Of a stretch of DNA of 64,000 nucleotides, positions 28,212 through 38,306 are shown one piece after another. The stretch is from Auanema rhodensis (Eukaryota > Animalia > Nematoda). The notes under the pieces were generated by a model that worked only from the letters and a program-made list of their open reading frames with translations, had not been told where the DNA came from and did not search any database. The stretch covers positions 16,678,001 to 16,742,000 of the forward strand of contig OZ059897.1 in NCBI GenBank assembly GCA_964057225.1. Reading direction: 5' to 3'. Each line of letters begins with the position of its first letter. The stretch's first letter is position 1. The translations under genes and the position numbers were made by a program.

Positions 28212-29011
28212 AGTGCAATAAAATAAACTAATATGCGTTTTTCACATCTGTGAAATGTTCAAAATATTTATTTACCCTTTTTAAATTTGTTCGTATTGTT
28301 TCTTATTTAATTTGGTGCTAGGCATATTCAGATTTCTATTGTACAAATTATCCTTTTATCATGCATTTTTCTAATTTTTACTCAAATTTGTCTACATTTC
28401 GTACGAGTGCGTATTACCTATTTAAGCTTCTCACATTACGTAAGCACAATAACCCTGTGATATTTTTCTCATTGTTTGGATGATTGGATAATTGAAAAAA
28501 ATCTAATTTATTGATTTTTCTGAAGTCTTGTCAGGTTTATGCCTGCTTATTACCGTAGTGGGAATGTGATGATGTTATTGATTTAACTTGGATTTAATCA
28601 CAAATTTGAAACCTTTGTCATGTTACTACTGTTTGGCAAGGTGGCAAGGTGGTAAGAGAAGCAGAGACCGCGAGAGATTGTCCGGAACAAGTGAAATATT
28701 GATGCACAGACAGAGAGATGGGTGTGTGATTTGCGCTGAAAGAGCATGGCTAGAATTTGTTTGACGAAAATATGGCTGAACTACTGCAACATTTCTGTAT
28801 TTCTTTGTTGTTGAGTACTCGTTCATTAAGTTTTCAATTGACTGAAACTAATCGATGAAAGATGTTGGCGCGCATTTACTCTTACAAACAATTTTCCTTT
28901 CCTTTAGAAAATATATTTTGCTAGTGTACCACTTGGTGACAATGATATTGATAAGAGAACAGCATCATTTTCTCTCGTCATTGACTCTTCCTTATATTCT
29001 TTATTTTTAGA

Positions 29012-29056
29012 ATGTTTCTTCAAAACGCCTTCAATTCTTTTGTATCATATTTCCAG
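29012..29056 (+). CDS. sod-1: Alternative first coding exon of sod-1 (N-terminally extended isoform)
   Basis: TTTTTAG|A-ATG, 15 codons MFLQNAFNSFVSYFQ, donor CAG|GTGCGA in phase 0. Joins acceptor TTCAG|29155 in frame ([12 protein letters not shown]). Confidence 0.75.
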
Positions 29057-29172
29057 GTGCGAGGTGTGATACAAGTTGCCTGTTTTTTAATATTTTTTTA
29101 ATCTTAACTGTTTTTTTAATAACTAATTAGTTCATAACATCACTTTCCATTCAGCCTTCGGCATCAACAATT

Positions 29173-29814
29173 ATGTCTAATCGCGCTGTTGCTGTTATCC
29201 GTGGAGATGTTGTCTCCGGAACTATTTGGTTCAAGCAAGTAAGGCATGCTTTTTGAATATTTAGATTATCATATTTTCTGCAGGATAAGGAGTCGGACCC
29301 ATGTGTTATCGAGGGAGAAGTTAAGGGCTTGACCCCTGGTCTTCACGGGTTCCATGTTCATCAATATGGTGATTCTACTAACGGTTGCCTCTCCGCTGGA
29401 CCTCACTTTAACCCATTCGGAAAGACCCATGGAGGACCAAATGTATTTTCTAATATAAAAAATTGGACTATTTTTATTTGTCGTAGGAGGCCGTTCGCCA
29501 CGTTGGTGATTTGGGAAATATTGAAGCTGGAGCTGATGGAGTAGCCAAGTTCACCATCACCGATGAACAAGTTAAAATTCACGGCGTCAATACAGTCATT
29601 GGCAGATCTCTTGTTTGTCATGCTGGCACAGATGATCTTGGTATTTCTTCACTATAGTTTCTTTTTCTAGTTTTATCTATTGTCATCAAAAACATTTCGT
29701 AATATTCGTTTTTCAGGTAAGGGAGTCGGTGATAAGGCTGAAGAGTCTTTGAAAACTGGAAACGCCGGAGCACGTGTTGCTTGCGGTGTTATTGCCATTG
29801 CTGCACCTCAATGA
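29173..29814 (+). CDS. sod-1: Cu/Zn superoxide dismutase, cytosolic type, 4 coding exons
   Basis: [22 protein letters not shown] / ...[39 protein letters not shown] / [12 protein letters not shown]...[13 protein letters not shown] / [32 protein letters not shown]. The metal-ligand His/Asp, both Cys and the catalytic Arg are present. Confidence 0.97.
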
Positions 29815-29850
29815 CTACTACGATATGATAAGCCGTCAAGTTCTTTATAA
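29812..29850 (+). other. Putative stop-codon readthrough cassette (TGA CTA) encoding X-LLRYDKPSSSL* with a PTS1-like end
   Basis: TGA CTA CTA CGA TAT GAT AAG CCG TCA AGT TCT TTA TAA read directly after the codons for AAPQ. Confidence 0.6.
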
Positions 29851-30753
29851 AAAAACATAAAAAGTTTCGTTTTAATAATTAGTTTAATGAATAAATTTAA
29901 TTAAATGAATGTATTTCAATATTTACTATGTATCTAGTATTTACAACAATTTAAATATTTTTTTGATAATCTTTGATAATATAAGTATGGCTAAATTTTG
30001 ACATTGGCACTAGAATTTGAAAATGGCACGCAGAAACCCGTAATTCTTTCTTCCCTTTTCGGCTGTAATAATGCAATAGTTTCAAAGGAGTCCTTACGTA
30101 GATCCTGAAAAAAGAGTATTGATTCAAGGACTTCAAAAAATCCATAAATATAACACTAACAACACATAACATTCAAAACAACCAAGTACACATTATTCTT
30201 CATTAAAATTTGGTGCCAATTATAAACAGTAATGTTTTGTACATACACAAAATTTGAAAATGAAAAATGGCGAATATAGTTAAATTAAAAGCGGAAGGCA
30301 AGATTATAGCTTAAGTAATGATGGCAGCAGATACTATATAGCATAAATTCTTAATGTTAAAAGTTTTATATTATCTATTCTGGCAAGAACATGGGCTATG
30401 ACCAAAACTAAATACAAAAAATACTGGATCAAATAAAATCTCGACATCTATAAGATGCCAAATAAGAAAAAACAGACAAACTAATAAAAAAATAGAAAAA
30501 AAACGAAAAAAGCTACCAGTATAACCGAATATAAATCAAAGGCACTGAGTGTGGAAGATGCACGAACATAAAGTCCGCAGGCAGGCGAGTATAAGAAAAT
30601 TTGACAGATAAGGACCATAAAACAAGAGTGCAGTACTTATTCTATACGACACCTACAACGACTACAACAACATTCAGACACATAACTTCTAAAGACTCTT
30701 AAAACAATTTTTGGACGACAAGAAGCGCAGCCATGCAACACTTCACGAACCGT

Positions 30754-33700
30754 TTAATTTACTTTAGTATATGGGTGGGTTCGCTTGTTTTTCAATTGAA
30801 CTTTTAATCTCTTAGAGCCTATCTGAAAACCATTCATAGCTGCAATAGCGTTCTGTGCACTAAGAGCATTATCATATGATACAAAACCTGAAATAGTAAT
30901 ACGATGAAGGAATAAAATAAAGAAAGCTTACCAAAACATTTAGATAAATTTGTAACTTTGTCTATAAATACTTTAGCTGATAACACATTGCCAAACGGTG
31001 AGAATGTGCTCATTAAGTCAGAATCACCAAAATCCTGAACGAAAGCCAATAAAATTGTTATTAATTGTAAAAAAAACCTGAGGTAGATGATATATAAACA
31101 GATTAGAACCATCGGGCCCTTTCACGTCTCCGTTTCCCACACCAGCAGAAGATGCAGTTTGAACAGCAATATTTGGGTTTATTGTTGTTACTAAATTTGT
31201 TAATTTTAAAAAAATTCATTAACTGACTTTTAAAACAAACTCAAAAAATATTTCTTTTTTTTTTAAAGAGAAATATAAATTTCTTTTGATGTTCTCATAA
31301 AATTAGTGAAGCAACAGATGTGTTGGACATATTTGTTGGGAACAATTTCTTTTTCTCTTTTCGATATTCTTTTATCTGGTTTATGTAGAAGAATAGCAAT
31401 AATACTCACAAGCATATTGTTGGATGGCTTGTTGCAAAGGATCTATTGCTGTGGCACTTTGGCCCAGATGGGCGGCAATAGTCGGAGTGGTAGTAGCAAC
31501 AGGAGAAGCTGTTTTTAGACCATTCTGAGATAACACGCCTAGAAATAAATATTATAAATATAAATCCAAATTTAAATAGTGAAATACCTCCAGCTGTTTG
31601 GTAAATAGGATTATGCACAGCATAAGCATTAGCGCCAGTAGTTGTAGCAGCTACAACATGAGCTCCCTGATATGATTGATAAGCAATATCTAAAAGGAAA
31701 CATTACTACGTAAACTACAAAACAATTAAACTCACTATTTGCCTGTGTCTGTTCTTGGGTTACAACGGCAGCAGCAGCGGCGGCTTGCTGTTGTTGTTGC
31801 TGTTGGTTGAGCAAGGCTAGCATTTGCTGTTGCTGTTGAGCTAGATGTACTTGTTGTAACTGGGCAAGCGCATCTATGCCTTGCGGTTGGCTCTGTTGCA
31901 ATAAAGCAGCTGAAAAAAAAAGTAAGAAAATGGAAATTTATTATGGATAGAGCATGCTTATCCATACTATAAAAATATTATTTAGAAACAGAAGGCACGC
32001 GGTAGAAATATTTCTGGTCAGAAAACTACAGGTCATGCTATACTAGCGAAACACTAATGATAGAAGTAACAAAAAGCAACGAAGAACTGAAGAAAGATGG
32101 TCACAGAACCAGCACGACACCAGAAGTATTAACCAAAACTGCCAACAATATACCTAATTGCGGTAGCAAGCTCTGAAGTGACGATGAATTGCCACAACCC
32201 TGGGATTGATTAGCTGGCACAGAGTTAATGGAGGAACTATTTTCTCTGTCAGACAGCTTACCCAGAGCAGACAGTACTAAAAGTTGCAACTCTCAACTAA
32301 CGAAAGGCTTTTTACAGTCTTTTCCAGAAACTTTTAAAACAGAACTTTACTCACCGCTCCCAAGCAATCCTAAAACATTTTGCTGCTGACTATTCGGTTG
32401 TAATAAAGCGGCGATAGCGGTCAATGTTTGTAAATTTATTCCACTGCCGTTTAACTTTAAAAAAAAAATTAAAACAAAAAGAAAAACAAAATTCGAACCT
32501 GCTGCAAAATATTGGTTTGTCCAGTAGCTGGAGGAGTAGTGGCAGCTGATCCGGTGACTTTACCTTTACCATCTTTATCTCTCTGTGTGTCAGCGAACTT
32601 CACAACTAATGGAGCAGTGCAACCCTGAAGTATAGGCGATCAAAGGCGGAAACATATTTTTCTAAGCGAATTATGAAAATTATGCAGCTCATGCAAGATT
32701 AACAATGAAGCTAGAAATTAAAATAACTTTCACAATTCGCCATTAAAAAAATTGAATATGAATACTAGAAAGGACAAAAAAAACATAAAAAAGCATAAAA
32801 TATACATTAATGATCTTTTAAAAGAGCTAAACAGAGAGAAACAAGAGACACTACCTCCATAGTTTGTGAATGATGCATTTCCTTCGTGGCATTAATGGCA
32901 CAATTACGTGTAGCAAACGTGACAAAGGCACATCCTGAAACAATCGACGCTGACATGGACATCAACTACAAAGAAACATTTGTAGGCAAATTTTCTATTA
33001 ACAGACTAAAATTATCAAAGCACGATATGAATTGGTAATTCTTCAGAGCCAAAATAGTTTTAAGGTGGTATGGCTGTCTCCAAACAAGCAATGTACATAT
33101 ATGGCGTGACAATTACAAGCTTGAATTATACAGAACACAGAAATAAAAATTTCAACATCTAGGAACTAATGATTATAAGCCATATTCACAAAAATTATGT
33201 TGAAAAAAATTGCTGAGATAGTGAAAAAGAAGAGCTATGAATTGCATCTTAGCCATTGAAAAGAAACATAATATTGAATTGAAATCAAAACATCCTAATA
33301 TGAAATTAGGATCATTTCTTTTTGAATTTCACGCACATATAACATGCATAATTTTTACATTTAGGGGGTGAACGTTGCTAAACATAAAAGTGGAATAGAA
33401 TAGACTTACCTCTGCTTCTGTTGTCAGCATCTCTTAAAACACTGCAATCTTCAATGTGTCCAAATCTAGCAAATAATGCCCGCACATCATCTTCAGTATG
33501 CTTTTTAGATAATTGACCGACAAACAATTTCCTCTCTGAATTTGATTAAATTAGATAGTATTAAGAAAGTGTGAAATACCATTTCTATTTTCAGTATCAG
33601 CAGGTTTCATTTGAACAGGATGATGCATCCCTTCAATAACTTCGATATTATGAAGAGCAGCTTGAGCGGAAATCGCATCTTTTCTATGAAAATATGTCAC

Positions 33701-36700
33701 AAAACAACATCCTAAAAGTAATAAAAATAAAAGAATAATAGATATACAAGCACCTCTACTGCTTTGTGAAGCTTTATCTCTCAAAATATTAAGAGAATAA
33801 ACTGGACCATACTTTTCAAACAATTTTCTACATTCGGGTTCATTCCAATGACGAGGGATCTGAAATGAGTGAAAATATAGAAAACATTTATCACTTCTTT
33901 GACTAATTGAGGAATTGTATTGTCTTCCCTTATGACCAAAGACAACCTAACAAGGAGCCCAGCATTAATTCTCTCTTTTGAAACGGGTAGCTTAACATAA
34001 ATTCATGAAAGAGGCCATGGCTTATATGCAAAGAGCCAAACCAAAGGACTTAGTTGAGTCTCACACGAAACCAATCATAAGCTTCCTTCAGCTCACACAA
34101 AAATACCCAAAAGACTAATTCAATGTGAGAAAATTATTATATACAGCTATCCTTCAGCCGCCAACCATATTTTGAAGTAAAGTACATTAGTTTTTCACAA
34201 ACCCGAGAGCGATGCTATTTCAATCCCTCCAGACTTGTTATAACTTGACCCAGTTGTCGTTGACTACGTTGTCACGATGCGGATTGGGGCATCACTTGAC
34301 CTTATTTCTGATCAATCGTATTCTTCAAGGACAACCTTTTACTACTATCAATACTGTTAAGATGTCCAGCTAGTTGTACAATGATAACTAGCACAAAACT
34401 CAAAATCATATATATTCTCGAAACGGTTATGACAATTTTTTTTGCGTAAGCTATAAATCTAAGTTATAGCATATGCACAAAAAGACCGCGCCAGATATTT
34501 TAGTGAACAGAATTGTGCTCTCCCTCTATGCTTCTCTTTTCTCTTTCCCTCCGTAATGTTGTAATAAGAATGGCTTTCAAAGACACGAAACGTAAACCAG
34601 TAGTAAAGAAGATATTTGTACCGAAAAATGTGGAATAAGCTCGTTTTTCATTGAAACAAATGCTGTGGATAAACGAGGAATAGTAGTTTATCCGTTTTGA
34701 TATTGAAAAAAATTAAACGAAACAACCAATACAAATAAGGTAGACCAGTAGTAATTAGATTACAATTCACAAACTGGAATGGATTTAAGAGAATGAACCA
34801 CAAATGAGATTCTTCTAGGAAGCTCTCTCAGCCAAAAATAAAAAAACGGAATGTAGGTTTACTAGTAGAGCAAACTTAAAAGTTGAAAATGCTAACCTGG
34901 CCTACAAACATCTTGATTGTATCCGGATCCGGTTCGGTAGAGCTTGGCTTTGCCTCTTCCATATCTTTCTGAAAATACTTACTGTGTAAAAATAAAATAG
35001 AATAGATCGTGAGTATGTATAGATATATGTAGAGAAAGAAAGATTCCACGTTTATGTTGTGAAGTTTGCCTTAAATGGAAGCCGGCTGCAGACCTACGTC
35101 CCTTAGGACTTGTAATGGCTACGCAATAATAGAAACCGCTGTTCGCGGAATGTGAGAGGACAAAACTAAGGAAGATGTTTCTCCTACTGCGCAAAACTCC
35201 GCCTCAACAGCTGGCACCCTAACACCAGGCACAAAACTTTTCAATGGATAATAGAATAATCGATTGGTTAAAAGGTCTACTGAAACAACAAATCAGTCTT
35301 ATGAAAAAACTGACAGAGCCTGAAGGTAAAACTGAATAAGAAAAAAATCGAATATTAGAGACTACCCTGCAAAAGATTACAAATTGAATAAAAGATTGCC
35401 GGGACCAGCAAAAAGAGATAGGTAGATGATAGACAAGGTGGGGCTGTGCTAAAGGACAATCAACTGGAGAAGCATTGCCTACAAATTACCAAATAGAAAA
35501 ATTGAGTAGTACAAGTACTCCGTTTAGGGCAAGCCGAAATAAAATCAGTTAGGATGAGATCTAATGCGCGGATGCGAGTGCATTGAACAAATTAGGAAGC
35601 TACAACGGAAGAATGAAGAGGGTGGAGAAGAGACGTAACAAAATAGATTTTCACAAAGAAATAGGACTATTGACCTATGAAGCCATACGTATGATACAAC
35701 AGAAGTTGAAAACGGCTTAAGGAGACGGCCATATCTACATGAAAAGGCAGAAAAACGGGGGCAAGAGAACCAACATCATAAAGCCAAGGAATCATGATTC
35801 TTGGTATTCAGATAGTAAAAACGACTCAATAGTACTAAATCGTATTATTCGCTCCCATGCTCTGGGCATACTTAAAAGGCTACACCGCTAGTTAGTTAAG
35901 AAATCGACGACAGAAATGACAGGTTAGGGAATATGGGATTAAGAAAGAAGATACACAGGTCATCGATAGTAGTCGATAAAAAACCTGAAAGCTATCAAAT
36001 TTGTGGAAAGCAGTACAATGCATTAAACTAATGATCATGATCATGATGATGACTGGGATCACTACCAAATAATTTCGACAAAATGAATACAAGGGATAGA
36101 AAGAGTTTATGGTGGCAGATCAGAAAATGGTAAACCAGCCAGGTGCGAAGGGTAAAGGCACGTTATGACTGTGTTGCTTATACCAAAAAAAACTATAATG
36201 AGCATAAAAACACATCAGTCCAGAAAAATGAGAAAAGGATGGAATGGTATCCTTGTATGAAATGACATCGTAGGCGAAGAGAAGAACATTAGAGACGCAG
36301 AGGGGACGATATAAACGGGAGACATAAGCGACCCCTCAGATGTTAGATAACGTCAATCAATACTCAATCAGAATAAAGAAAGTTACATCTCGATATGTAT
36401 ATAGTACAATATTGATATTTTTTAATGAAATGCTCCAATTAATAAACGCGTATTCGTAATTGAATTTAGCATACAAAAAGCCGGCGCACACAAACAACGA
36501 AATCTCAGCTGATGCAAAATATTGCGGACCTAGGAGAATTTCAATGCATATCGTCGCATCATAGAATTGAAAGAATGGATAAGGAACACAGTTTTACACA
36601 TTTACTTTGACCTAAGAAAGAGAAGATAACAGTTCTGAGGATGGATTAAATAGAAATTAGAAAAGCAAATAGAAAGAAAAACATAATGTAGGGCTGGATT

Positions 36701-37363
36701 AGACTTGCATATTTATGGTATTTAGGGTGAATGTAGTGACGATCAAAACTGATTTCAGTGGCGCTCTGTACAGACGCCTACAGAAAAGTATCGACAACTA
36801 GTCTTATGATGGCCCAAAGACTAGTTATATTGTAGACAATTATAACTATTCCTCCCATTAGGAAAAAGAAAGAATTTCGGAGACTAAAGAAGAATTTCTT
36901 TCCTATATATTTTATAACATAACTATTTTTATAATATATGACTGTAGGAAGAATAGTCACATATAACGTATATAGATGAGAAGAATTTCATGCTTCTATC
37001 AATATTACGATTATTCATGTTACAGTGTTGTATAGTAAAAATACGGCCTATTCTTGTATAGAGGAGCATCTCTTCAACAAAAGAGAAAGGAGAAACATGG
37101 CTAAAACCTATAAACGAAAAATGTTCACTTTCTTTTTTTAGAAATGATGAAAAATTATGATTTACAACAAGGAAACATGAATAAAATAGGACTACGGTTT
37201 TGTAATCAAGAATTATGTCATTTCACAATCAAATAAGGGGAACAAAATAAAAGATGGAATGAGAAAGAAGCAAAGTGAATCAAAATGTATAAAATAGAAG
37301 ACTAACCATTTTCCCAAGTATAACGGCATTTGCCTCGTCAAGGTTAGTAAGAGCGAATTCCAT
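30754..37363 (-). CDS. etr-1: CELF/Bruno-family RNA-binding protein with three RRMs and a Q/A-rich linker
   Basis: Putative exon 1 at 37363-37307 ([19 protein letters not shown]; alternative start at ATG 34962). [16 protein letters not shown]...GCCFVTY...[28 protein letters not shown]...GCAFVTF...[20 protein letters not shown]; linker [12 protein letters not shown] with poly-Q/poly-A; RRM3 [28 protein letters not shown]...[23 protein letters not shown]...[27 protein letters not shown]. Confidence 0.92.
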
Positions 37364-38306
37364 GCTTTAGTTAATAGTGACTAATAAGCTCTTTTATTTC
37401 CATTTACATTACCTTGTTACCTCAATTGAAATTTCTGAAAACAATGCATTACTTTGTACCATCTATACTTGGAGAATTGAAGCGCACAAATTACAACAGT
37501 ACAACTGACTGTTACGCATAGATAACAAATAAAAATAAAAATTATAGCGCGCGGTGGGACCCTTTTTGCTAATATAAGTAAAAGAGGGATGGGTTCTGTT
37601 TATTCTTATTGTTCAAAAATAGTTCGAAGTACGATTATTACTATTTGATCTTCTGATGAAGTTAAAATTCTGTGTTTTCAATAAATAAAATAACTAATTT
37701 TGAATAGTATGTTTAAGAGTTTTATTGAAAATGTTTCTAACAAGTTTGTAACTACACAGATTAGAAATGGTTTAGTTAATCAACAGGACAGCAGTATGAT
37801 GAAGTGATTTTTAAATCTGTTAAAATCATTATAAAACTACTTATAGGTCCTTGTGTATAAATTCCAAGTTTTGATTTTTCAGTATATGACCGGATTCTAA
37901 GTAAGATTTGATTTTAAATACCCGCTTCACAACCTTTCTGCCATTTTGCAAATGTTCTGGATATGGAACATTAAAATCAGAGCTTTAAATACGAATCAAC
38001 CTTGTTAACAGAAATATCGTGGAATTTTTACTTTTTCCCTATATCTTATTCAAAAAGTTGAATAGCATGGCGAGCTTACGTCATTCACGTTTTTTTTTGG
38101 CTTTCTTGCTAAGAATCTCTGCCAATCCGATAAAACTGAAATAATTACGAATTAAGCATGACATTAATTGGATGTTGTAACAGGATATAGGATATTTGTT
38201 GAGGAATTCTAAATGAGAAATACCTAAGAAATTACTGCACGCCCTCAGCTCCACCAGGCATCTCCATTTTCTGCATTTTGCAGCTTCATTTCTTTTACTT
38301 TCACCC

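Noticed and set aside
28561-28740. Box C-like GTGATGA suggesting a C/D snoRNA
   Set aside because: No suitably spaced box D with a terminal stem, and no recognisable rRNA guide.
28212-29011. fcho-1/sod-1 as an SL2 operon
   Set aside because: About 800 bp between the stop and the next acceptor, with AATAAA right after the fcho-1 stop and promoter-like sequence between; longer than typical ~100 bp intercistronic spacing. Cannot be excluded without SL2 data.
31992-32003. 12-nt match to miR-124 (aaggcacgcggt); a similar 10-nt match lies near 6470
   Set aside because: The rest of the mature sequence and a star arm are missing. The 31992 match is intronic, so it is not a UTR target either.
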